Source of the DNA: Crocosphaera subtropica ATCC 51142
Lineage (GTDB): Bacteria; Cyanobacteriota; Cyanobacteriia; Cyanobacteriales; Microcystaceae
Direction of reading: 5' to 3'
DNA length: 32,000 bases
Assembly (NCBI RefSeq): GCF_000017845.1
Contig: NC_010546.1
Span: 1,830,001-1,862,000 of the forward strand
Below, piece by piece: positions 7,901-18,689 of this stretch. Position numbers and translations under genes: made by a program. The notes below the pieces were generated by a model. It was not told the DNA's origin, did not search any database, and was given only the letters and a program-made list of their open reading frames with translations. How positions within the stretch are numbered: position 1 is the first letter of the stretch; each line of letters begins with the position of its first letter.

Positions 7901-10405
7901 TTTAACCTGATCTAAGATAAATTTACTATGTTCTATAATAGTTAGCACCAAAACTTCCATAACTTGAAAGTTACCCGTTAAATAAGCCGATTCCGTTGCT
8001 TCTAAATAAACTTCTAAGGAAAATTGATATTGAGTGTTCCAAATTTGATCCTTGTCTAAAATACTAATGGCAAATTGTAAATAATTTAAAGCAACTTCAT
8101 AGGCTGCTGATGCCTTTGCTTTTTTTCCAGCTATTAAATTTAATTTGGCAAGTTGCTCATATTCTAAGGGGTTTTTAATCAGCTTATAACCAATATTAAT
8201 TTGATTAACAATATCAAATATTTTTTCTTCTTGTTTTATTTTAGGTGTGTTATTTAATAATAACTTTCCTATTTTTAGATGTATTTCTTCCTGCTTTTGC
8301 TTAGATAGTAGGGAATAAGCTGCCTGTTGTACCCGATCATGGGAAAATTGATAGGTAACTTTTAGTGTTTGAGGGATTTCTTCATCTTCTTGATAATTAT
8401 TAATGAGTTTATATTGATTATTAAGAGGTAAAATCAAACCTTTTTCTAAGGCATTGACCAAATAATTTCCTGTTGCAATTTGTGAATAATTACTAACCAT
8501 TGCTAAGGTAGTTAAATCAAACTTACTACCGATACAAGCTGCTATTTTTAAGATTTCTTGTATTGTTGTTGGTGTATTTTTGATATTAGTGGACATTAAG
8601 TCAACAACATTTTCAGTGATTTGTAAAGCTTGAATTTTATCTTCATTATAATCCCATTGTCTTTGGAAGTTATCAAAAACTAAAATTTCATTCTGATGCA
8701 GAGAGGATAAAAATTCTTTAACAAAGAAAGGATTACCATTTGTTTTTTTCTTAACTAATTTTGCTAGTTTTTTACAGCTTTTTTCTTCTAAGTTTATGGT
8801 GTCCTTAATTAATCCTTCAAGCTGAGAAACTGTTAAATTATTGAGTACAAGTTCTTCAATAATTACCCCTTGATTATGAATATCATTTAAGGTTAATCTG
8901 ACAGGGTGCGCTAAATCAACTTCATTATCTCGATAAGCACCAATAATAAATAAAGATTGATCATCTAATGTGGTAATTAAAGACCGTATTAATTGTAATG
9001 AAGCCGTATCAGACCATTGCAAATCATCTAAAAAGATTACCAAAGGATGCTGTTGCTTAGTGAATACTTTTAAGAAATTTTGAAACACTAAATTAAAACG
9101 ATTTTGTGCTTCTTTAGGTTCTAAGGGAATAACTGCTGGTTGCGATCCAATAATCTGTTCAATTTCGGGGATAACATCAATAATAACTTGTCCATTAACC
9201 CCTAAAGCCATTAGTAATTTTTCACGCCATTGGCTAATATTTTGGTTAGATTCTGTGAGCAATTGGTTAACTAATTCTTGACAAGCTTGTATAATAGCTG
9301 CATAAGGAATATTTCGTTGAAATTGCTCAAATTTTCCCGAAATAAAATAGCCTTTTTTTTCAGTAACAGATGGGTAAATTTCACGAATTAAAATTGATTT
9401 ACCGATACCCGCATATCCAGACACTAATATCATGGCATTGTGTCCTTTCGTTACTGTATTAAAAGTATTAATCAACCTCTGGATCTCGGTTTCTCTACCA
9501 TAAAGTTTTTGCGGAATTTGAAACTTCTCAGAGACATCATATTGTCCTAATAAAAATAATTTAATTTCATTTTTTTCTGTTAATTGGTTTAAACATTGTT
9601 GTAAATCTGCTTTAATTCCTTTAGCACTTTGATATCTATCTTCAGGAGTTTTAGCCAATAGTTTCATAATAATATGAGAAATAATTATAGGAAGATTGGG
9701 GCTAATCTGATGAGGATAATTCGGCTGTTTCGCAATATGAAAATGAACTAATTCTAAGGGATCTTCCGTGATGAAAGGAAGTTGATGGGTTAACATTTCA
9801 TAAAAAGTAACTCCTAGGGAATAAAAATCAGTATGATAATCAATTTTTCGGTTCATTCTCCCTGTTTGTTCAGGGGACATATAAGCTAAAGTTCCCTCGA
9901 TTAAATTAGGGTTAAGTTCCTGAGTATTCTCTAAAGCCAGTTGGGTCGAAATTCCAAAATCTATTAATTTTATCTCCTGACTTTTCGGATGTATAATAAT
10001 ATTAGTTGGGTTAATATCTTTGTGGATAATATCAGCATCATGAACCACTTCTAATCCTTCAACGATTTTGATAGCAATGTTCAAAAAACAGTCTAGATTT
10101 AAGGGCTTTTCTTTTAATAAAGCGTCTAAAGCTATTCCTCCAAAATCTTCGAGAAGAATGACTAAAGTATTTTGATATTTGTCAATTCCGTAGGTTTTAA
10201 TAATTCTTGGGGAATTGAGTCGACGTAGTATTTTATATTCTTGTTTAAACTGTGATAGGGTCAGAGGATCTGGATGATTTTCTTGAAGAATTTTTAAGAT
10301 GACAGGTTGCTGATCTTTTTCCCTAATACCACGGTAAATTAAAGAGTGAGAACTTTCGTAAAGTCTTTCTATAATACGACAATTATTGATAATCATATTC
10401 ATCAT
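4997..10405 (-). CDS. multidomain sensor: Ser/Thr protein kinase - P-loop NTPase (AAA_16/STAND-like) - TPR-like helical repeats - GAF - histidine kinase (HisKA + HATPase_c)
   Basis: Kinase motifs are VILKIL, HKDINPTN, DFG and AYMSPEQ. Walker A SGYAGIGKS is encoded at 9395-9421 and Walker B-like VIFLDDLQW follows. A long helical repeat region and a GAF-like block (...IIYLENNL...) come next. The H-box is AHEIKNPLN with the His codon at 5750-5752, followed by the N box (NAINNA), DNGKGI and GTGLGLS. Confidence 0.9.
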   Translation of the reverse strand: MMNMIINNCRIIERLYESSHSLIYRGIREKDQQPVILKILQENHPDPLTLSQFKQEYKILRRLNSPRIIKTYGIDKYQNTLVILLEDFGGIALDALLKEKPLNLDCFLNIAIKIVEGLEVVHDADIIHKDINPTNIIIHPKSQEIKLIDFGISTQLALENTQELNPNLIEGTLAYMSPEQTGRMNRKIDYHTDFYSLGVTFYEMLTHQLPFITEDPLELVHFHIAKQPNYPHQISPNLPIIISHIIMKLLAKTPEDRYQSAKGIKADLQQCLNQLTEKNEIKLFLLGQYDVSEKFQIPQKLYGRETEIQRLINTFNTVTKGHNAMILVSGYAGIGKSILIREIYPSVTEKKGYFISGKFEQFQRNIPYAAIIQACQELVNQLLTESNQNISQWREKLLMALGVNGQVIIDVIPEIEQIIGSQPAVIPLEPKEAQNRFNLVFQNFLKVFTKQQHPLVIFLDDLQWSDTASLQLIRSLITTLDDQSLFIIGAYRDNEVDLAHPVRLTLNDIHNQGVIIEELVLNNLTVSQLEGLIKDTINLEEKSCKKLAKLVKKKTNGNPFFVKEFLSSLHQNEILVFDNFQRQWDYNEDKIQALQITENVVDLMSTNIKNTPTTIQEILKIAACIGSKFDLTTLAMVSNYSQIATGNYLVNALEKGLILPLNNQYKLINNYQEDEEIPQTLKVTYQFSHDRVQQAAYSLLSKQKQEEIHLKIGKLLLNNTPKIKQEEKIFDIVNQINIGYKLIKNPLEYEQLAKLNLIAGKKAKASAAYEVALNYLQFAISILDKDQIWNTQYQFSLEVYLEATESAYLTGNFQVMEVLVLTIIEHSKFILDQVKAYEIKIKAYTSQNNLLEAINLSLSTLALLGIIIPKNPTASEIKNSLEETNLLLQDTVIKDLVNLPLITDNKAIASLRILVTMSMAAFLASPRLFIITVTQQIKLCLNYGNSPEACVAYAFYGELLCQISENFDAGYEFGKLALSLLSKLQAKRVEAQTSFVVILAIRHWKEPIKELLNPLRSGYEKGLEIGNIEYAMWNAQLYCNYLFAIGKELTQVKSELSKYIQAAKKMQSKNSLYFLAMNYQLVLNLQNECQFPCRLVGEAFNEEQMLPLYKKGNYNLALFHIYTHKTTICYLLGELENALEYALEGEKYIGEMLTAGSPKFLFYYCLTHLAIYDQKSEKEQQSIIKKVTNHQTNLNLLATHNPSHYLGKFYLIEAELYRVLGDDKNARECYDQAITAFEKSNYIHEQAIAYELAAKFYLNKEHTHLAHYYLQDAYYYYQVWGATAKLKHLEETYPQLISKDNYSPKKLKTKITEKRFTKELDFNSIFKASQVISGEIILKNLLEKLMRTIIENAGAQKGFLLLEHNNNWLIEAEGNIDNTNLTILQSIPLNNSEQNSHDIRLSIPIINYVAHTQESIVLNDATQEGNFTQTTYIINNKPKSILCTPLINQGKINGIIYLENNLTTDAFTPARVEIVKILSSSAAISIENSRLYEQLEDYSKTLEKKVQSRTQELQDKNKQLNVTLAKLKATQNQIIAQEKLASLGALTAGIAHEIKNPLNFVNNFAEICVELTEELQEEIEDHKDGLDTETIDYIEEILEDIKQNSQKIHEHGQRADKIVHGMLMHSKGKPGQRQLTDINNLLAESVNLAYHGMRVKEPSFKIKINTHYDSNIPEINIVPQDISRVFLNAINNACYAVHEKGKSLQEDFTPTLTITTAAKHEQIEIMIRDNGKGIAQPIIDKVFNPFFTTKPTGQGTGLGLSISHDIIVQGHQGQILIDSQENDYTELKIILPTGNMIGKISP

Positions 10406-10468
10406 TCACCTATGGAAAATTCTATACCAGAAATAAACAATTTTTGGTTGAAAGTATATCAGCAATCA

Positions 10469-12529
<2,061 letters not shown>

Positions 12530-12921
12530 CTAGTTGAGCTTACAGCAATTTTTTAATATTATACTTTAATTAAGGTCGTTGATTCGCCCTATCCTCAGAT
12601 AACTTAAATTATTGATAATAAGTTAAACAAAATTATTATCAACTCCTAAAAAATAAATTTTGTATAATTATATTCCTTGATTTTTGACGAATAGAAAGAG
12701 AAAACTTCTGAAGAAAAAAGAGTACAATTAACTCTCAAATAAGATAAGACTATTCTTTTGTGATCGTATAAATTCCTGTTACTCAATTATATCTTGATGG
12801 CTAATATTGAGTTCAGATGCAGTTTTAACCCTTTACAATCTGTTAAGATATGCTATGATAACAGTGTTTTAATTCTTTTTGCATTAGTTAAGTAGTTGAT
12901 ATTTTGAAGTGATAGAAGAAA

Positions 12922-14022
12922 ATGAACGATAGTATTTCATTCAGTATCGATATAGATAGCATTATTATTTTCGCTGTTGTTACCCTAATTTTAATCATTG
13001 CTGCCATTGGTTTATTTTTGTTACCTAGAATTTTAGGAAACATTATCACGAATATTTTTTCGAGTGAAGTTAAAGTTATTTATGATAAGATTATTCCCCC
13101 TTATCAAAACTGGTTAGGATTAGTCGGATTATTAACCATTACGGATCTGAGTTTATCACTTTTTTCCTTACCCAGTTGGCTAAAATTCCTAGAAATCCCT
13201 TTAAGTCTGGCAATTGTGTTTACCGTTATTTGGGTTGGGTTACAAATTTGTCAAACCTTTTTTGATGACCATTTATTACAATTGGCGATCGCTAATAGTA
13301 GTAAACTGAATAGTGAATTTATTATTATTGCCAAATATCTCACTAAAGCTGCTATTATTCTCATTGTTTTATTCATCTTTGCAGAAACCCACGATATTAA
13401 TGTATTTGGGTTATTAGCCAGCTTAGGAATTGGAGGCTTAGCGGTGGCTTTTGCAGCCCAAAAAAGCCTTGAACAACTATTAGGGGGAATTGTTCTTTAT
13501 TTAGATAAACCCTTCATTGCAGATGATTATATTGGCTTACCCGATGGCACGTTTGGCAGAGTTGAATCGGTGGGGTTACGGTCAACAAAAATTAGAACAT
13601 CAGGGAAAGGAACCCTCATGATCGTACCGAATAGTTCCTTAACCCAGATGAATATTGAAAACTACACCGGTGCTAAAAAAGTAGTTTCTTTGATTTATTT
13701 AACCTTTTATCGCTTAATTCCTAAAGATGAAGAAGCATTAATTCGTCAAGTCATCTTAGACAGTACAAGCGACATTTTTGGCATTGACTCTCGCAGTACC
13801 GACGTTATTTTTAAAGAAGTGGCTGTTAAGAATGGAACGGGTTTAGTGACTCAAGCACAAATTAACTTTTTTATCTTGGGATCAGGAGAAGTATCTATGG
13901 AGTTACGCCGTCAATTTTTAGAGATTGCCAATCAACAAATTACCTATCAATTAAAAGAATATGGTATTGGCTTTGACATAGAAGATAAAACCATTAACGT
14001 TGATTCACCCATTACTGTTTAA
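12922..14022 (+). CDS. MscS-family mechanosensitive channel (paralog 1)
   Basis: N-terminal TM helices followed by the pore-helix signature GLLASLGIGGLAVAFAAQKSLEQLLGG and a beta-domain (GRVESVGLRSTKIRT...). Confidence 0.85.
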   Translation: MNDSISFSIDIDSIIIFAVVTLILIIAAIGLFLLPRILGNIITNIFSSEVKVIYDKIIPPYQNWLGLVGLLTITDLSLSLFSLPSWLKFLEIPLSLAIVFTVIWVGLQICQTFFDDHLLQLAIANSSKLNSEFIIIAKYLTKAAIILIVLFIFAETHDINVFGLLASLGIGGLAVAFAAQKSLEQLLGGIVLYLDKPFIADDYIGLPDGTFGRVESVGLRSTKIRTSGKGTLMIVPNSSLTQMNIENYTGAKKVVSLIYLTFYRLIPKDEEALIRQVILDSTSDIFGIDSRSTDVIFKEVAVKNGTGLVTQAQINFFILGSGEVSMELRRQFLEIANQQITYQLKEYGIGFDIEDKTINVDSPITV

Positions 14023-14028
14023 TAATCA

Positions 14029-15159
14029 TTGATCATGACAGTTATTATCGAATATTTCACCAATTTATTCCAATTTGATGAAGCAGCCCAAAAGGGTATT
14101 ATTACCTTTGGCTTACAATTACTGATTTTTCTTGTTTTTGTCCTGTTATCCTTATTAATTGGACGCTATACTCCCTTTTTAGCTAGGCTTATTATTCAAC
14201 GATTTTCTCCTAAGCAAGTTGCTAGTATTTATGGAAATTTAATTACGCCCATTGAAGACTTATTCCGTATTACAGGCACTTTAATTCTTGTTTCTATTTC
14301 TCTCAATTTTTTGGTTAACTACACGGGGATTTATCGATTTTTAAATTTCTTTATTGATCTAGCTGTAATTAGTAGTTTTGCTTGGCTTTGTTCTCGGCTT
14401 TTTCGGCAATTTGTTCGGTTTTATGGCATTGATTTAGTGAGAAAACTAGGCCGACAAGTGGATGAATTATTGTTAGTCTTTGAAACCATTGCCAATGTTA
14501 TTATTGGTTTTATCGCTGTCTTAGCTTTTGCCCAAAGTCAACAAGTGAATCTAGTGGGATTATTAGCCAGTTTAGGAATTGGGGGTTTAGCCATTGCGTT
14601 TGCAGCCCAAAAAACCCTCGAACAACTATTAGGAACCTGCGTATTATATCTTGACCGTCCGTTTATTCCTGGGGAATATATACGGCTTCCGAGTGGCTTA
14701 TTTGGTCGGGTTGAATCCATTGGTTTACGGTCAACAAAAATCCGTACAGCAGCCAAAAGCACCCTGATGATTGTTCCTAATTCTATCATGGCTAACCTAG
14801 AAATTGAGAACGTTACCCGTGGGAAAAAGGTAATGGTTTTACTCTATTTAGACTTTCTTAAACAGTTAGAAGATTCCGAACAAGCTTTAGTCGAACAAGT
14901 GGTAAAAGAAAGTACCGATGCTTTATTTGGTATCGATCCAGGCAGTACCAAAATTTCTTTATTTCCCAAAGAAGGCAGTGATGGAATTCGGGCAAGAGTG
15001 ACCTTTTTTATCCTAGGTTCCAGTGAAAATTCCATTGAATTAAGAAAACGGTTATTAGAATTAGCCAATGAAACCATTACCAATAAACTCAGTAATTATG
15101 GTATTGAATTTACTGTACAAGAACCGACAATTTATGTAGAATCTCCTGTTACCATTTAA
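14029..15159 (+). CDS. MscS-family mechanosensitive channel (paralog 2)
   Basis: Same core as paralog 1 (GLLASLGIGGLAIAFAAQKTLEQLLGT...GRVESIGLRSTKIRT). TTG start at 14029, with an alternative ATG at 14035. The N-terminal TM region is diverged. Confidence 0.85.
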   Translation: MIMTVIIEYFTNLFQFDEAAQKGIITFGLQLLIFLVFVLLSLLIGRYTPFLARLIIQRFSPKQVASIYGNLITPIEDLFRITGTLILVSISLNFLVNYTGIYRFLNFFIDLAVISSFAWLCSRLFRQFVRFYGIDLVRKLGRQVDELLLVFETIANVIIGFIAVLAFAQSQQVNLVGLLASLGIGGLAIAFAAQKTLEQLLGTCVLYLDRPFIPGEYIRLPSGLFGRVESIGLRSTKIRTAAKSTLMIVPNSIMANLEIENVTRGKKVMVLLYLDFLKQLEDSEQALVEQVVKESTDALFGIDPGSTKISLFPKEGSDGIRARVTFFILGSSENSIELRKRLLELANETITNKLSNYGIEFTVQEPTIYVESPVTI

Positions 15160-15184
15160 CAGATATGACTTAGGAGTACATATT

Positions 15185-15928
15185 TTGGTAAACATTCGCT
15201 GTGGTGACATTGAGTTTAATAATATTGAAGCCATTATCTTTGATAAAGATGGCACCTTAGAAGATTCTAATAACTTTTTGCGAGAATTAAGTATTCGTCG
15301 GGCCCGTTTATTAGATGCCCAAATACCGGGGATTGGGGAACCTTTATTAATGGCCTTTGGTCTTCAAGATAATCAACTCGATCCCACCGGTTTGATGGCT
15401 GTAGGGAGTCGTCAAGAAAACTTAATTGCTGCTGCTGCTTATATTGCAGAAACGGGACGAAGTTGGTTTGAAGCCTTAGAAATGGCTGACAATGCCTTTC
15501 GGGAGGTTGATAAATATCTTAAAAAAGATCAAACCACTTCCCCATTATTTACTGGCAGTTTAGAGGTGTTAAAAACCTTATTCGAGGCTGGATTAAAACT
15601 AGCAATTCTCTCCGCTGCCCCAACTCAAGACGTGGAACATTTTGTCGAGGAACACAATCTTTCTAATTATATTCAAGTAATGATGGGAGGGGATCAAGGA
15701 TTAAGCAAACCTGACCCAAAACTATTGATTAAAGCCTGTGAAATGCTTAAAACACCGCCAAATAAGACCCTCATGGTAGGAGATTCTCAAGGAGATATTA
15801 CCATGGCCAAACAAGCCGGCGTAGCAGGAACCATCGGTATTTGTTGGGCTAACGAAATAGCTGGTCACCTTGATCAAGCTGATATGATCATTACTCAAAT
15901 CGACGTAATTCAACCCTTAAAACCATAA
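15185..15928 (+). CDS. HAD-superfamily hydrolase (phosphoglycolate-phosphatase-like subfamily IA)
   Basis: Motif I is IIFDKDGTL, motif II ILSAAP, and motif III/IV K...VGDSQGD. TTG start preceded by aggag. Confidence 0.75.
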   Translation: MVNIRCGDIEFNNIEAIIFDKDGTLEDSNNFLRELSIRRARLLDAQIPGIGEPLLMAFGLQDNQLDPTGLMAVGSRQENLIAAAAYIAETGRSWFEALEMADNAFREVDKYLKKDQTTSPLFTGSLEVLKTLFEAGLKLAILSAAPTQDVEHFVEEHNLSNYIQVMMGGDQGLSKPDPKLLIKACEMLKTPPNKTLMVGDSQGDITMAKQAGVAGTIGICWANEIAGHLDQADMIITQIDVIQPLKP

Positions 15929-16036
15929 GATTCTTAAACAACAATCCTCACATTTCCTAATTCGGATTTTAGGGTGTATGATCAGAGGTTAACAAAAGCT
16001 TTAATTCTGTATCGTTATTAGAGAGGGTAAAAAACA

Positions 16037-17287
16037 TTGTCTCGCCGTTATCTATTTACATCTGAATCTGTAACTGAAGGTCATCCTGATAAAATTTGTG
16101 ACCAAATCTCTGACACTATTATTGATACCCTCCTCTACCACGATGATCAAAGTCGGGTAGCGGCCGAAGTAGTCGTCAACACGGGTTTAGTCTTGATTAC
16201 TGGGGAAGTTACCTCCAAAGCGAATGTTAATTTTGTGGAACTTGCCCGCAAAAAAATAGCAGAAATTGGTTATACTAACGCTGATAATGGTTTTTCTGCC
16301 AATAGCTGTGCGGTTTTAGTGGCTTTAGACGAACAATCTCCCGATATTGCCCAAGGAGTGACTCAAGCACACGAACAACGTCAAGCCCTCAGCGATGATG
16401 AGTTAGACCAAATTGGTGCTGGTGATCAAGGCATTATGTTTGGTTATGCTTGCAACGAAACCCCTGAATTAATGCCTTTACCCATTAGTTTAGCCCATCG
16501 TTTTTCCCGTCGTTTGGCTGCCGTCCGCAAAACCGGTGATTTAGGCTATTTACGACCCGATGGTAAAACTCAAGTTTCCATTGTCTATGAAGATGGTATT
16601 CCCGTTGGTATCGATACCATTCTCATTTCTACACAACACGATGAAACCATTGACTCTATTACTGATAATGATGGCGTTCAAGCTAAAATTAAATCTGATC
16701 TTTGGGATGCCGTCGTATTACCGGTGTTAGACAATATTGGGATTAAACCGTCTCAAGAAACCCGTTTTTTAGTTAATCCTACCGGAAAATTTGTTATCGG
16801 TGGTCCTCAAGGGGATGCAGGGTTAACTGGTCGTAAAATTATTGTCGATACTTACGGTGGTTATTCTCGTCATGGTGGTGGGGCATTTTCAGGAAAAGAT
16901 CCCACAAAAGTTGATCGTTCTGCTGCCTATGCTTGTCGCTACGTTGCTAAAAATATTGTTGCTGCTGGTTTAGCTGAAAAGTGCGAAGTTCAACTCAGTT
17001 ATGCCATTGGAGTTGCCCGTCCGGTTAGTATTTTAGTGGAAACTTTTGGCACTGGTAAAGTGGATGAAAACAAGTTACTCGATGCTGTCAAGGAACTCTT
17101 TGAATTACGGCCTGCCGGCATTATTCAAGCTTTAAACTTGCGTCAACTGCCTTCCCAAAGAGGGGGTCGTTTCTATCAAGATGTGGCTGCCTATGGACAT
17201 TTTGGACGCAATGATCTCGATCTTCCCTGGGAAGCAACGGATAAAGCAGCCTTACTTAAAGAAGCTTTATTAAAAGTTGGGGTTTAA
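16037..17287 (+). CDS. metK: S-adenosylmethionine synthetase
   Basis: Near-canonical MetK: [72 protein letters not shown]. Confidence 0.97.
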   Translation: MSRRYLFTSESVTEGHPDKICDQISDTIIDTLLYHDDQSRVAAEVVVNTGLVLITGEVTSKANVNFVELARKKIAEIGYTNADNGFSANSCAVLVALDEQSPDIAQGVTQAHEQRQALSDDELDQIGAGDQGIMFGYACNETPELMPLPISLAHRFSRRLAAVRKTGDLGYLRPDGKTQVSIVYEDGIPVGIDTILISTQHDETIDSITDNDGVQAKIKSDLWDAVVLPVLDNIGIKPSQETRFLVNPTGKFVIGGPQGDAGLTGRKIIVDTYGGYSRHGGGAFSGKDPTKVDRSAAYACRYVAKNIVAAGLAEKCEVQLSYAIGVARPVSILVETFGTGKVDENKLLDAVKELFELRPAGIIQALNLRQLPSQRGGRFYQDVAAYGHFGRNDLDLPWEATDKAALLKEALLKVGV

Positions 17288-17309
17288 CCTTAACTCGGTT
17301 ACAAAATGG

Positions 17310-17345
17310 AGGGAAAAGGGGATAACTCTTTTCCCTTTCATTTTA
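17310..17345 (+). terminator. rho-independent terminator of metK
   Basis: Stem agggaaaag (17310-17318) pairs with cttttccct (17328-17336) across a 9-nt loop, followed by the T-rich ttcatttta. Confidence 0.55.
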
Positions 17346-17621
17346 TTAGATTGAAGAAGTATTATGAATTAATCGTATTAACAAACGTAATCCTTCATTA
17401 ACGGCTGCTGAATCAGGAAAAAGATTAGCAATATCAGGCTCAATTTTAACAGTAACCGATTTATTATCAGTATTTAATTTTATACCAGGTCGGACAGTGG
17501 CAGATTGTAACATTTCTGGGGTAATTTCTGGACAATCTGAAAAATCAATATTCTCGTCTTCCATAGCGTCTAATCTTGTCCAATCAGTTAGTGATTTGTT
17601 CAAAGTAGGTTCGTTGTTCAT
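17346..17621 (-). CDS. BrnA/DUF4415-like (COG3514-type) putative antitoxin
   Basis: N-terminal TDWTRLDAMEDENIDFSDCPEITPEM and a C-terminal K-SVTVKIEPDIANLF...LRLLIRL follow the DUF4415/BrnA layout (TDW.R.D.M.DE.ID.SD.PE ... VTLRLD.D.L.WF). Assigned from memory of the family pattern. Confidence 0.6.
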   Translation of the reverse strand: MNNEPTLNKSLTDWTRLDAMEDENIDFSDCPEITPEMLQSATVRPGIKLNTDNKSVTVKIEPDIANLFPDSAAVNEGLRLLIRLIHNTSSI

Positions 17622-17661
17622 ATTTCGTTCCTTTTCTGATGGAGATAATTCTTAGGCTGTT

Positions 17662-17874
17662 TTAAGGATTAAATACATCATCTTCTATACCTACCCACCA
17701 TTCACCCAATTTCATTAATTCTTGGTGTAATTCAGACATTTGGGCGATATATTCATCGGATGACATATTTTGACGATTTTCTTGTAATTTTTTGAGTCTT
17801 AATTGTATCAATAACCAGGGTTGTGATATTCTGTCAGTTTCTTCAATATATCGGGCTAATTCTTCACTATTCAT
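17662..17874 (-). CDS. hypothetical 70-aa helical protein
   Basis: ORF only. It shares strand and tight spacing with its neighbours. It bears no resemblance to BrnT/DUF497. Confidence 0.4.
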   Translation of the reverse strand: MNSEELARYIEETDRISQPWLLIQLRLKKLQENRQNMSSDEYIAQMSELHQELMKLGEWWVGIEDDVFNP

Positions 17875-17895
17875 AATTTAATTAAAATTAGACTA

Positions 17896-18219
17896 TTAGT
17901 AATCAATAGAACCATCAGGTCTTTTGTAAAAATGATAAGATGGTTTGATACCTAATAGTGTCGGTAAACCATCAGCATCAATACAAACTGCTATAGTTCC
18001 ATTTTTCTCTACATGATAAGCATCGATAGAACAGCTTATTTGTTGCTCTTCAGATAAGTTAATTATAATTGTTTTCTCTGAAGAAGACAAAATTTCTGTA
18101 TAGGATTTTTGTTCATATTCTTTACCAATTTTTTCAGCTTCTTGCCATAAAATTTGATAATTTTCTCGTAGTTTTTCTCTTTGTTCTTTTCTAAACGGGA
18201 ATAACTCAACCAGTTTCAT
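17896..18219 (-). CDS. hypothetical 107-aa protein
   Basis: ORF only. Its start overlaps the upstream ORF by 14 nt, which suggests translational coupling. Confidence 0.45.
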   Translation of the reverse strand: MKLVELFPFRKEQREKLRENYQILWQEAEKIGKEYEQKSYTEILSSSEKTIIINLSEEQQISCSIDAYHVEKNGTIAVCIDADGLPTLLGIKPSYHFYKRPDGSIDY

Positions 18220-18661
18220 AAAATTGTTTTAACGGTAAAAATATAATTTGGTCAAGGGGCAAACTATCCACAGAGAAGTCAGCAATATTATGATTAACTT
18301 CAACAATTTTAATAGGAGGAAAACGCTTCAATGAATCAGACCAATATTTTAATAATCCTATCTCTCCATAAATATAAATGTCAGCTAACCAGACTAAAAA
18401 ATTTTGCAGAATATGAGAAGGGGGAAAGTAAAACCCCCAGTCGATTACATGATAACGATGATAAATTTTTTCGGGTAAATCTGCATTAACATCTGACTGA
18501 TTTACAAAGTCTGATAACTGTAAAAAACTATAATTACAAAGATCAGACTCTGTTGATTTTTGATCGCTACATTCAGTTATCCATCTCTTTAGTTTATGAG
18601 AAAAATGTTTTTCTATTTGTAAGATTTTGGATGGTATAAATAGACAAAATTTAGCAGACAC
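18206..18661 (-). CDS. hypothetical 151-aa protein
   Basis: ORF only. It begins 28 nt after the ictB stop on the same strand. No recognisable motif. Confidence 0.45.
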   Translation of the reverse strand: MSAKFCLFIPSKILQIEKHFSHKLKRWITECSDQKSTESDLCNYSFLQLSDFVNQSDVNADLPEKIYHRYHVIDWGFYFPPSHILQNFLVWLADIYIYGEIGLLKYWSDSLKRFPPIKIVEVNHNIADFSVDSLPLDQIIFLPLKQFYETG

Positions 18662-18689
18662 TTTACATTGACAACCACAATAAAAACAA

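Noticed and set aside
15929-16036. Possible SAM-responsive riboswitch in the metK leader
   Set aside because: I could not fold the 108-nt leader into any known SAM riboswitch consensus by eye, and I saw no conserved pseudoknot or helix signatures.
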